From assembly GCA_013152295.1 (NCBI GenBank), contig JAADGQ010000131.1, forward strand, positions 6,219 through 70,218: DNA of 64,000 bases. Reading direction: 5' to 3'. The notes beneath the pieces were generated by a model. That model had not been told where the DNA came from, ran no database searches, and saw nothing but the letters and a program-made list of their open reading frames with translations. Shown piece after piece: positions 1 through 9,783 of this stretch. Within the stretch, counting starts at the first letter, position 1; every line of letters starts with the position of its first letter. The translations under genes and the position numbers were made by a program. The DNA comes from Gammaproteobacteria bacterium (GTDB taxonomy: Bacteria; Pseudomonadota; Gammaproteobacteria; JAADGQ01).

Positions 1-12
1 GCTAGCCACTTA

Positions 13-903
13 TCACGCATAACCCGCACGTTCGCACAGCGGCGAGCGATTTATACCTTTGACAACAGTGCCCTGCCACTTTTCTGGCAGCTGCTGCAAC
101 GCACGCTGCGCTGCCGACTCTGTATCAAACGCGCTGAAAACAGAGGCACCACTACCACTCATTCTCGCCGGGGCATATTGCGAGAGCCACTCCAGCGCTT
201 CCGCTACATCAGGGTAGCGCGCGCAAACCACCGGCTCACAGTCGTTACGACCAGCCGAGGCAATAAAACCGCGTATTTTGACGATCTTGGAGTCACGTGT
301 CAATTCAGGCGCAGAAAAGATTTCGGCGGTCGAAATCGAACACGCGGGCACCACAACCAAATACCAGGGCTCTTCGGGATTAATGCGCGTCAACCGCTCG
401 CCAACGCCTTCCGCCCATGCCGCATAGCCATGAATAAAAACCGGCACATCCGCGCCCAGCGCCAAGCCTATCTCAGCCAGTCGCTGCAATGAAAAATTCA
501 AACCCCACAACTGATTAAGTGCCACCAGCGTCGTCGCAGCATTAGAGCTGCCGCCGCCAAGCCCACCGCCCATCGGCAGCCGCTTATCAACATAAATGTT
601 CACACCAAGAGAGTCCACCGCTGCACTATCGCGCAACGCCCGCGCCGCGCGCACCACCAAATCATCCTCCTCAGCAACACCCGCCAACCGCGACGAACGG
701 CATAAACGCCGGTCGGAGCGCAGCTCAAAATAGAGATCATCACACCAATCGATGAACTGAAAAACTGTTTGCAGCAGATGATAGCCATCATCGCGCCGAC
801 CAACCACATGTAGAAACAGATTTAACTTGGCAGGGGCAGGCCATGGCTGCCCCGAAGGCTTGTTGCCGTTGTTACTCAAGTTAATTTCCCTTAATTTTGC
901 CAA
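13..903 (-). CDS. ispE: 4-diphosphocytidyl-2-C-methyl-D-erythritol kinase
   Basis: 296-aa ORF with the WPAPAKLNLFLHV N-terminal motif and GHMP-kinase Gly-rich loop (PMGGGLGGGSSNAA). Confidence 0.9.
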   Translation of the reverse strand: MAKLREINLSNNGNKPSGQPWPAPAKLNLFLHVVGRRDDGYHLLQTVFQFIDWCDDLYFELRSDRRLCRSSRLAGVAEEDDLVVRAARALRDSAAVDSLGVNIYVDKRLPMGGGLGGGSSNAATTLVALNQLWGLNFSLQRLAEIGLALGADVPVFIHGYAAWAEGVGERLTRINPEEPWYLVVVPACSISTAEIFSAPELTRDSKIVKIRGFIASAGRNDCEPVVCARYPDVAEALEWLSQYAPARMSGSGASVFSAFDTESAAQRALQQLPEKWQGTVVKGINRSPLCERAGYA

Positions 904-989
904 ATTTTAATTGCGCCCCATTGAACGTGCGCGAACTGTTGGCGCACAATACACCTTTTACCGATCCACGCAAAAAAATAGGTGGAGTT

Positions 990-1448
990 ATGGACCACGA
1001 TCAATACGAAGTTGTCTTTCGCGGCGTGATTACGGAGGGCAAAAACGTCGAGGAGGTCAAGCTTGGCATCGCGCGACTCTTTAAAGTCGACGCCGCCAAA
1101 GTGAGCCACCTCTTTTCCGGCCAACACTACACAATTAAAAGAGGTATCGACAAACAGACCGCGCTTAAATACAAAGCAGCCATGCTCAACGCGGGCGCCT
1201 TGTGCTACATCAAACAAGAGGTTCGACAAGAGGCGCCGCCGCTCGCAGAACGCCCCGCCGCTGCCATGACCCTTGCCGAAGTGGGCGCCATGCTGCTCCC
1301 GCCCAAACAGACACCACCGCTCAAAGTTAACCTGAGCGGCATGAGTATGGCAATGCCGGGCACGATGATCAGCGAACCAAGCATCACGCCCAAAGCCGAC
1401 ATCGACACCAGCACTTTCACGCTCGTCGATCGCGAGCAAGAGCAATAA
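990..1448 (+). CDS. hypothetical protein (152 aa from internal ATG with SD AGGTGGAG)
   Basis: Longest ORF begins at 897, but the ATG at 990 has a strong RBS. N-terminal ~70 aa resemble a small alpha/beta domain; the rest is Pro/Met-rich low complexity. No recognisable family. Confidence 0.45.
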   Translation: MDHDQYEVVFRGVITEGKNVEEVKLGIARLFKVDAAKVSHLFSGQHYTIKRGIDKQTALKYKAAMLNAGALCYIKQEVRQEAPPLAERPAAAMTLAEVGAMLLPPKQTPPLKVNLSGMSMAMPGTMISEPSITPKADIDTSTFTLVDREQEQ

Positions 1449-1532
1449 GAGCGCTATCCGCCAAGCCTATAAAAATAAACCCCGCTTATTTAACCTTACT
1501 TTCCAGGTGCGATATTAACCATTTATTTTATG

Positions 1533-1561
1533 TGGACAATACCCATATCCAATGCTATATT
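1533..1561 (+). promoter_or_regulatory. sigma-70 type promoter (-35 TGGACA, 17-nt spacer, -10 TATATT) with AT-rich UP-like tract upstream
   Basis: TGGACA at 1533-1538; TATATT at 1556-1561; exactly 17 nt between. No CDS start follows within 250 nt on this strand. Confidence 0.45.
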
Positions 1562-1567
1562 GGCGTC

Positions 1568-1806
1568 CAACCGTAACTTCAGATACGGGATAAAGGTATT
1601 ACGACAACGCGCTAAAACGCCTCGGGCAGCCGCCGTTCGCAAGCCCCCTCCTAGCAGAGGACGGCGCCTGGGTTCAACCGCCTACCCCCCGGCGAAAGTG
1701 AGCCACCCTCCCGACGGAGCGCGCGTCGAATACCGTTAGTTAGTACGGAAGATCCCTCTCTCCGACACTTACCGGAACGCGCCCCCCGCGTCTCCGGTTT
1801 TTTTTT
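1568..1806 (+). ncRNA. candidate ~240-nt small RNA (unclassified) bracketed by promoter and intrinsic terminator
   Basis: Near-consensus promoter at 1533-1561 and GC hairpin plus T9 terminator at 1772-1806. GC-rich interior with many short complementary segments. Only an Arg/Pro-rich 69-aa ORF (1530-1739) that starts upstream of the predicted TSS. Confidence 0.3.
1772..1806 (+). terminator. rho-independent terminator (9-bp GC stem with 1-nt bulge, followed by nine T)
   Basis: ccggaacgcg-cccccc-gcgtctccgg followed by ttttttttt. Confidence 0.6.
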
Positions 1807-1843
1807 GCCACTTTTTATTGATCGCCTTGATCGCCCGACCGAC

Positions 1844-4066
1844 TCATTCACCACGCCGCCAGCCGTGAAAACGCTTAACCCACTCCAGCAAACCTTGAGG
1901 AGCATGTGCCCGCTTCCATTCACCCGCAACATATTTATTCGCCTCTGCCAGAGTGGGATAGATATGAATGGTGCCAAGAACCTTGTTCAAACCGATTTTA
2001 TGGCGCATCGCCATAACATATTCGGCAATCAGGTCACCGGCGTGTTCACCGGCAATCGTCACACCAAGAATTCGATCTTTACCCGGCACCGTCAGCACCT
2101 TGACCAAACCATGCGCCTCCTCGTCAGCGATGGCGCGATCCAGATCATCAATGCCGAAAGTCGTCACCTCATAAGCAATATTCTGCTCTTTGGCTTCACG
2201 CTCATTGAGTCCAACCCGCGCAACTTCGGGATCAGTAAAAGTCGCCCACGGAATGACTGAGTAATCCGCCTTAAACATTTTAAAACCACTGAACAGCGCA
2301 TTCACCGACGCATACCAAGCCTGATGAGCAGCCACATGGGTAAACTGATAGGGGCCAGCCACATCACCGCAAGCATAAATATTGGGGAAGTTACTCTGCA
2401 GGTATTCATTCACCTCCACCGTACCGCGATCACTCAATGCGACACCTAACGCCTCAAGACCAAAGCCGCGCGTGTTAGCAGCACGACCCACTGCCACCAA
2501 GACCTGATCAAACTCAATGCGCACCATCTCACCTTGATGCTCGCAGAGCAGTATCTTTTTGCCATCCTCCAACAAAAACTCTTTCGCCGTATGCTCGACA
2601 CGCACATCGACGCCTTCGGCGACAAAGCGCTCCATCACCATCTGTGAAATTTCAGGATCTTCGCGACTCATTAGCGTTGAGCCACGCTCAACTTGAATAA
2701 CCTGACTGCCGAGACGGGCAAAGCACTGAGTTAGCTCACTGCCAATCGGGCCACCACCCAACACCAGCAGGCGTTGAGGCTGTTCACGCAAATCCCAGAT
2801 CGTATCTGAAGTCAAATAATCGACCCGATCAATCCCCGGAATTGGCGGCACAAAAGGGCGTGCTCCGGTGGCCACCACAATATTGCGCGTCGTCAGCGTC
2901 TGGCCATTCACTTCAACCGTATAGGGGGACGTAATTTTTGCCTCACCCTCGATCACTTCCACACCTAGTTCGGTATAACGCTCCACTGAATCGTGCGGCT
3001 CAATGGTCTTAATCACTCGCTGCACTCGCTCCATCACATCGGAAAAATCAAACGCCGCCTCTGCCGAGCGAATACCAAACTCTTTCGCTCGACTGACATG
3101 GGCGAGAAACTTGGCTGAACGAATTAACGCTTTAGAGGGAACACAGCCTGTATTAAGGCAATCACCACCCATTTTATGTTTTTCAATGAGTGTCACCTTT
3201 GCTTTCACAGCGGCTGCAATATACGAAGTCACCAACCCCGCCGATCCACCACCGATCACAACAATGTTGCGATCAAATTTTTCCGGTTTAGTATACGGCT
3301 TAAGCACCTTGCGCGCCTTGATCACCGCCACCGCTTTTTTTGCAATCAACGGAAACAGGCCGAGCAATACAAAGGAGAAGATCAGACCCGGAGAGAGGAT
3401 GCCGGATAAAGAATCGATCTGCGCGATCTGCGTGCCCGCGTTAATGAAAACAATGGTACCGAGCAGCATGCCAACCTGACTGACCACAAAGAAAGTAACC
3501 GTGCGAATCGGCGTCAACCCCATCACTAGGTTAATCACAAAAAACGGGATAACCGGCACTAGGCGCAATGTAAAAAGATAGAAAGCGCCATCTTTTTTAA
3601 CGCCTTCATTAACCGTTTTCAGTCTGTCACCAAAACGACCTTGAACCGAATCACGCAATAAAAAACGTGACACCAGGAAAGCAAGCGTTGCGCCCAGCGT
3701 CGAGGCAAACGAGACCAGCACCGTACCCACCAGCAGACCAAATATGGCGCCGCCCGCAAGGGTCATGATCGCCGCGCCGGGTAGAGATAATCCGGTGACC
3801 AGTACATATAGAAGAAAAAAGATTAGTGCGGCATAACCCGGATTCGCTTCGTAATAAGCATTGATCGCTTGCTGCTGCGACTTGAAGTATTCGAGGCTGA
3901 AATACTGCCCCAGATCAAATACAAAAAAAGCGCCCAGCAGCACCGCTATCGTCGCCACCAATAAGATCTTCGTTCTGTTCATTGTCACATTGCCCTTGTT
4001 AATGTAGATATTTTTTGGTTGGCAGCCTGCGGAATCGATCAAGCCCAGCGGAGGTTCGCCTGACAA
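1844..4066 (-). CDS. bifunctional DedA/TVP38 membrane domain - FAD-dependent pyridine nucleotide-disulfide oxidoreductase
   Basis: N-terminal ~230 aa are multi-TM DedA/SNARE-associated-like. C-terminal ~460 aa have the GGGSAGL FAD motif, redox-active CLNTGCVPSK disulfide and a dimerisation domain (dihydrolipoamide dehydrogenase/mercuric reductase-like). Start may be the ATG at 3982 (MNRTKILL). Confidence 0.8.
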   Translation of the reverse strand: MSGEPPLGLIDSAGCQPKNIYINKGNVTMNRTKILLVATIAVLLGAFFVFDLGQYFSLEYFKSQQQAINAYYEANPGYAALIFFLLYVLVTGLSLPGAAIMTLAGGAIFGLLVGTVLVSFASTLGATLAFLVSRFLLRDSVQGRFGDRLKTVNEGVKKDGAFYLFTLRLVPVIPFFVINLVMGLTPIRTVTFFVVSQVGMLLGTIVFINAGTQIAQIDSLSGILSPGLIFSFVLLGLFPLIAKKAVAVIKARKVLKPYTKPEKFDRNIVVIGGGSAGLVTSYIAAAVKAKVTLIEKHKMGGDCLNTGCVPSKALIRSAKFLAHVSRAKEFGIRSAEAAFDFSDVMERVQRVIKTIEPHDSVERYTELGVEVIEGEAKITSPYTVEVNGQTLTTRNIVVATGARPFVPPIPGIDRVDYLTSDTIWDLREQPQRLLVLGGGPIGSELTQCFARLGSQVIQVERGSTLMSREDPEISQMVMERFVAEGVDVRVEHTAKEFLLEDGKKILLCEHQGEMVRIEFDQVLVAVGRAANTRGFGLEALGVALSDRGTVEVNEYLQSNFPNIYACGDVAGPYQFTHVAAHQAWYASVNALFSGFKMFKADYSVIPWATFTDPEVARVGLNEREAKEQNIAYEVTTFGIDDLDRAIADEEAHGLVKVLTVPGKDRILGVTIAGEHAGDLIAEYVMAMRHKIGLNKVLGTIHIYPTLAEANKYVAGEWKRAHAPQGLLEWVKRFHGWRRGE

Positions 4067-4200
4067 ACATGACTGACTAGTCGCACCGTCGCATACAAAC
4101 TTACAGGGCGCGCGGTCGCTAACGGTGAAAACCAGAAGGGAAGGGGGGATCTGCTGAACAGCAGAACAAAGACCATTGAGAGATTAAAGTAGAGCCTCAC

Positions 4201-4226
4201 GATCCCCACGATAAACCGTGGGGATC
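4201..4226. repeat. perfect 10-bp stem hairpin (GATCCCCACG-ATAAAC-CGTGGGGATC), with a second palindrome CTGCTGaaCAGCAG at 4151-4164
   Basis: Seen directly. Lies between the DUF2892 gene stop and the DedA-oxidoreductase start. No T-tract follows on either strand. Confidence 0.4.
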
Positions 4227-4252
4227 AGTGCAATCAAGCGTATAACGGGCTG

Positions 4253-4465
4253 TTAAAGTTCACTACCCGCATTACAGGATTGTTTATCTTTGCACGTACT
4301 GATGCCCAGTAGCGCATAAGGTGGGCACCAACCCATCAGAGCAGTGGCGATAAGCACCAGACCAACAATACCCCACAAACTTTGAAAATAGACCCCCGCA
4401 CCAATCACGGCAAGCCCAACGACAATACGAAGACCCTTGTCAATCCCGCCAACATTTTTTTGCAT
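4253..4465 (-). CDS. DUF2892/YgaP-like small inner-membrane protein
   Basis: 70 aa, two TM helices (GLAVIGAGVYF, IVGLVLIATALMGWCPPYALLGI), matching the YgaP C-terminal membrane module. Confidence 0.55.
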   Translation of the reverse strand: MQKNVGGIDKGLRIVVGLAVIGAGVYFQSLWGIVGLVLIATALMGWCPPYALLGISTCKDKQSCNAGSEL

Positions 4466-4580
4466 AATAGCTCTCCTCTTTTCGATTTAATAAATCAGGT
4501 TCGCTATTAATGTAGACTGAACTCATACGCCTGTATGTGACTAAAACACCTTACCCAAAAACAAAATGCTCCAGAGCAAG

Positions 4581-5255
4581 TTAACGCCGATAGACTTGCA
4601 GGCCGGGTAGATCGGCAACGGTCAGTTTACCGCGCGCCCCTTTTACCAAGCCCTTCCCTTCAAACTCTTTGAGAATGCGACTGACAACTTCGCGGGTGGT
4701 ACCCAGGTCAGAGGCGATCTCGTGATGGGTGATATTGACTGTAGGCCCTCGCGGCGCGATGGCGATCAAATAGGCGGCAATACGCTCATCCATGCGATGA
4801 AAAGCGACATCCTCCAACACGGCAATCACATCTGCCAACCGTTTCGAGATCAAACTAAAAATGAAGGCACCCCAAGGCTTTGATTCACTCATCCACTCAT
4901 GCACCTGCTTTGAAGGGATCAGCAGCGCTTCAACATCCGATTCGGTTACAGCAATGGCGGGGAAGGGTGTATCGCTCATAATACACGAAGCAGTAAGCAC
5001 GCAGCTGTCACCACAGCTAATACGATAGAGCGTAATTTCACGACCTGAATCAGCGAGTTTGTATACGCGTACCATGCCGGAAACCACAAGCGCCAGCCGA
5101 CGGCACTCATTACCATCCGACGCAACGGTGTGGCCTGCAGGAATCTGCATCAGCGTTGCGTTGCGGAAAAAGTCATTACGAAAATCGGGAGAGGAGTCCG
5201 CCAATAGCGGAAAATTTTGGATCAGGCGCTGCTGTTGTTCCGGATTTTCTATCAT
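4581..5255 (-). CDS. Crp/Fnr family transcriptional regulator
   Basis: cNMP-binding-like beta-roll followed by C-terminal HTH (REVVSRILKEFEGKGLV). Confidence 0.85.
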   Translation of the reverse strand: MIENPEQQQRLIQNFPLLADSSPDFRNDFFRNATLMQIPAGHTVASDGNECRRLALVVSGMVRVYKLADSGREITLYRISCGDSCVLTASCIMSDTPFPAIAVTESDVEALLIPSKQVHEWMSESKPWGAFIFSLISKRLADVIAVLEDVAFHRMDERIAAYLIAIAPRGPTVNITHHEIASDLGTTREVVSRILKEFEGKGLVKGARGKLTVADLPGLQVYRR

Positions 5256-5352
5256 CGATAAGCCTGCTGCAATCTATCCACTCAATGTAGCGACTGTTAC
5301 GGCGGTTGGAACGATCACGACACGGGTGGAGTTGAAAGCAGGCGGGTAAGTT

Positions 5353-5429
5353 TGGTCGGGGTGACAGGATTTGAACTTGCGACCCCTGCCTCCCGAAGGC
5401 AGTGCTCTACCAGGCTGAGCTACACCCCG
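5353..5429 (-). tRNA. tRNA-Pro (anticodon CGG)
   Basis: Reverse complement gives CGGGGTG acceptor, GCTC/GAGC D-arm, CTGCC-TTCGGGA-GGCAG anticodon arm (CGG), TTCAAAT T-loop and CACCCCG-A-CCA 3' end. One A.C mismatch in the T-stem. Confidence 0.85.
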
Positions 5430-5430
5430 A

Positions 5431-6399
5431 CTAATAACCGCGTGTTACAGCGAAATCGGCCAGCGCATAGAGCGCGTCAGTATAAGACGACGCAGGAACA
5501 CACGATAGCGCGTCTGCCGCTTTGCGCGCCTCCTCACGGGCCGACTGCGCAGTGTACTGGATGGCCCCGGTGGATTCAATGGCGTCAATAATCGCATCAA
5601 TATTATCCAAGCCACCGTTTTCGATCGCCCGACGCACCGTCATCACCTGTGTCGGCGTGCCGGTACGCATGGCATAAATTAGTGGCAGCGTCGGCTTCCC
5701 TTCGGCTAGGTCATCGCCGATATTTTTCCCCGTATCTTTTGATGCCGCGCTGTAGTCCAGCACATCATCGATCAACTGAAATGCCGTTCCCAGATGCATT
5801 CCGTAAGCAGCCATTGCTCGCTCTTCTGCCTCGGGACGGCCACCGATCACTGCACCAAGACGGGTTGCAGCCTCAAACAGCTTGGCTGTCTTCGAGCGAA
5901 TCACCATCAGATAACGCTCTTCGCTGGTGTCTGCGTTATTGCAGTTAAGCAACTGCAGCACTTCACCTTCAGCGATCACGTTGGTTGCATCGGCAAGGAT
6001 CTCCATCACGCGCATATTGCCGACTTTCACCATCATCTGGAACGCGCGCGAATAGAGAAAATCACCGACCAGAACACTGGCCTCGTTACCCCAAACAGCA
6101 TTTGCCGTATCTCGTCCACGGCGCAGTGCCGAAGCGTCGACAACATCATCATGAAGTAGCGTTGCGGTGTGGATAAATTCGATGATGGCAGCCAGGTCGC
6201 GATGGCTGGATCCAGCGTGACCGCATACTTTGGCACTCAGCAACGCCAGCAGCGGTCGTAGCCGCTTACCCCCACTATTTATAATGTAGCGACTGACCTG
6301 ACTAACGAGTGCAACTTCAGAGTGAAGGCTGTGACGGATAATCTCATCCACCGTTTGCATATCATCCGCAACCAGGGCGCGTATATCCTTTAACTCCAT
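5431..6399 (-). CDS. ispB: octaprenyl-diphosphate synthase
   Basis: Polyprenyl synthetase with DDxxD motifs (LLHDDVVD, LIDDVLD). Start placed at MELKDIRALVADDM by comparison with IspB N-termini; the ORF runs to 6456. Confidence 0.9.
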   Translation of the reverse strand: MELKDIRALVADDMQTVDEIIRHSLHSEVALVSQVSRYIINSGGKRLRPLLALLSAKVCGHAGSSHRDLAAIIEFIHTATLLHDDVVDASALRRGRDTANAVWGNEASVLVGDFLYSRAFQMMVKVGNMRVMEILADATNVIAEGEVLQLLNCNNADTSEERYLMVIRSKTAKLFEAATRLGAVIGGRPEAEERAMAAYGMHLGTAFQLIDDVLDYSAASKDTGKNIGDDLAEGKPTLPLIYAMRTGTPTQVMTVRRAIENGGLDNIDAIIDAIESTGAIQYTAQSAREEARKAADALSCVPASSYTDALYALADFAVTRGY

Positions 6400-6640
6400 G
6401 ACGACCTTTGGTCGATTGTGATCTGTTGTTTCACTGTCGATACAGATGTTTTGCATAACGTCACGGTCTGGAAAGCCAAATATAGATAGCGCTAGCGGAC
6501 AGACTCACAAGCCTGACCAACACTTTACACCGTCGGTCTAGTTTTTTGTAGCGCCATGCCGTACCGGATTGTAGAAGCACAGCACCGCCGGTTACAAGTT
6601 TTTCGCCACAGACGCGCCAGCTGCTCCGAGTCAATGCAGT

Positions 6641-6669
6641 TTGACGCGATTCAACACAGCAGATAGAAT
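6641..6669 (+). promoter_or_regulatory. candidate sigma-70 promoter of the rplU-rpmA operon (TTGACG-17-TAGAAT)
   Basis: Exact hexamers and spacing seen. ~120-nt leader precedes rplU. Confidence 0.5.
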
Positions 6670-6789
6670 GGCCCGTTTGACGCGAAGCTCAACCATAAAG
6701 CCGATCAATGCTGGCTGAGCGCGCACTTGATCACCTATCGGGATGTCGTTCGACACACTTGATACACAGGTTTTATTGGGAGCAAAGTT

Positions 6790-7104
6790 ATGTACGCGGT
6801 CGTTGTAAGCGGAGGAAAGCAGTACCGTATCGCAGAAGGCGATACCATCAAGGTTGAAAAAATTACCGCCGAAGAGGGAACCTCTATCGAACTCGACAAG
6901 GTTTTGATGATCAGCGATGCCGACAATATTAGCGTTGGCGCACCCTACCTTGATGACTGCAAAGTCACCGCGACCATCGCAAGCCATGGCCGTCACAAGA
7001 AGATCAAAATCGTCAAATTTCGTCGCCGCAAACACTCAAGAACACAGATGGGCCATCGCCAATGGTATACAGAGCTCAAGATAACAGGCATCGCGGCCAG
7101 CTAA
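6790..7104 (+). CDS. rplU: 50S ribosomal protein L21
   Basis: [18 protein letters not shown], diagnostic for L21. Confidence 0.95.
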   Translation: MYAVVVSGGKQYRIAEGDTIKVEKITAEEGTSIELDKVLMISDADNISVGAPYLDDCKVTATIASHGRHKKIKIVKFRRRKHSRTQMGHRQWYTELKITGIAAS

Positions 7105-7152
7105 ACTTTTCACACCAAACAAGCAAGACGAGCAACACAGAGGCATTCACTC

Positions 7153-7410
7153 ATGGCACATAAGAAAGCAGGCGGAAGTACGCGCAACGGTCGCGATTCT
7201 GAATCGAAACGACTCGGCGTCAAGCGCTTCGGTGGGCAGCAAGTATTGGCTGGAAATATTTTGGTTCGCCAACGCGGCACACGCTTTCACCCCGGAGTGA
7301 ACGTCGGCTGCGGGCATGACCACACACTGTTTGCCAAGTCAGACGGTATCGTACTATTTGAAGTCAAAGGCCCCAAAAACCGCAAATATGTCAGCATCAT
7401 CCCTAGCTAG
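7153..7410 (+). CDS. rpmA: 50S ribosomal protein L27
   Basis: [16 protein letters not shown]...RFGG, diagnostic for L27. Confidence 0.95.
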   Translation: MAHKKAGGSTRNGRDSESKRLGVKRFGGQQVLAGNILVRQRGTRFHPGVNVGCGHDHTLFAKSDGIVLFEVKGPKNRKYVSIIPS

Positions 7411-7443
7411 CGGCACAGCATCGTGAACAAGCTGGACCAAAAG

Positions 7444-7465
7444 AGCCCCGAACCGGGGCTTTTTT
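7444..7465 (+). terminator. intrinsic terminator/attenuator between rpmA and obgE
   Basis: agccccg-aac-cggggct followed by TTTTT. Confidence 0.6.
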
Positions 7466-7554
7466 GTCTGTAACAACAGAGCGCGAAACAAGATGCGCTA
7501 CCATCCGCAAACACCCCAACAACGCCTCAAACCCGGAAGCGCGGCTCAGCATAA

Positions 7555-8601
<1,047 letters not shown>

Positions 8602-8613
8602 CGTGCAGCAATA

Positions 8614-9744
8614 ATGACACACAGCCGAAAACAGATCGCAGCAACCACACGCTGGGTCGTCAAGGTCGGTAGCTCGCTGCTCACCAACAATGGCTGCGGC
8701 CTCGACAAATCGCTCATTGCCCAATGGGTCAGTCAGATTGTCGCCCTGCGTGCACGTGGCATTGAAGTGGTGCTGGTCTCCTCAGGCGCTGTCGCCGAAG
8801 GTATGACACGCCTCAACTGGTCGCAACGCCCGCACGCTCTCCACGAGCTGCAGGCCGCTGCGGCCGTCGGCCAAATGGGGCTGATTCAGGTCTACGAATC
8901 CCACTTTCAAAAATATAACACCCACACCGCACAGATATTGCTGACACACGAAGATCTTGCCGACCGTCAACGCTACCTCAATGCACGCAGCACGCTGCGC
9001 ACCCTGCTCGATCTGAAAACAGTACCTGTCGTCAATGAAAATGACACCGTCGCCGCCGATGAGCTGCGCTTTGGCGACAACGACACGCTAGCCGCGTTGG
9101 TCGCCAACCTGCTCGAAGCCGACCTGCTGGTGCTGCTCACCGACCAAAACGGCATGTATGATCTCGATCCAACCCGTCACAGCAACGCAAAACTCATACG
9201 CGAAGCACGTGTTGGCGACCCACAGCTTGAGCAGCAGGCTGCGGCAGGAGGCGTTAGCGCGCAAGGGCGCGGCGGGATGTTGACCAAAGTCAGAGCGGCG
9301 AGCAAAGCCGCGCGCTCTGGAACAGCAACGATCATCGCCTCGGGCCGGGAGGGCGACATATTGCTGCGCATCGCCCAAGGCGATGAGATCGGCACACTCC
9401 TGCTGCCCAACCAGGAACCCATGACAGCGCGCAAACGCTGGCTTGCCGGGCAGCTCCAATACCACGGCGAGCTACACCTCGATGCGGGCGCTGAAAAAAA
9501 TCTAAAAGCATCAGGAGGCAGCTTGCTACCCGTTGGTGTTCGCACTACGAAGGGAAATTTTTCCCGCGGAGAGCTGGTGATCTGCGTTAACCAGCGCGGC
9601 GATGAAATTGCGCGTGGCCTGGTTAACTACAGCGCCGACGAAACAGAAAAAATCATCGGAAAACCAACGGGAGAGATTGAAACCATCCTGGGCTACATCG
9701 ATGAACCGGAGCTCATTCACCGCGACAACCTTGTGCTCACATAA
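8614..9744 (+). CDS. proB: glutamate 5-kinase
   Basis: [10 protein letters not shown] amino-acid kinase motif with C-terminal PUA domain. No proA follows. Confidence 0.95.
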   Translation: MTHSRKQIAATTRWVVKVGSSLLTNNGCGLDKSLIAQWVSQIVALRARGIEVVLVSSGAVAEGMTRLNWSQRPHALHELQAAAAVGQMGLIQVYESHFQKYNTHTAQILLTHEDLADRQRYLNARSTLRTLLDLKTVPVVNENDTVAADELRFGDNDTLAALVANLLEADLLVLLTDQNGMYDLDPTRHSNAKLIREARVGDPQLEQQAAAGGVSAQGRGGMLTKVRAASKAARSGTATIIASGREGDILLRIAQGDEIGTLLLPNQEPMTARKRWLAGQLQYHGELHLDAGAEKNLKASGGSLLPVGVRTTKGNFSRGELVICVNQRGDEIARGLVNYSADETEKIIGKPTGEIETILGYIDEPELIHRDNLVLT

Positions 9745-9783
9745 AGTGGCAAACACCCTTTCGCAGTAAAATAGAGCGCCTAC

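Noticed and set aside
1530-1739. 69-aa Arg/Pro-rich ORF inside the candidate sRNA
   Set aside because: It starts upstream of the predicted transcription start, has no RBS, and its composition is typical of GC-rich out-of-frame translation.
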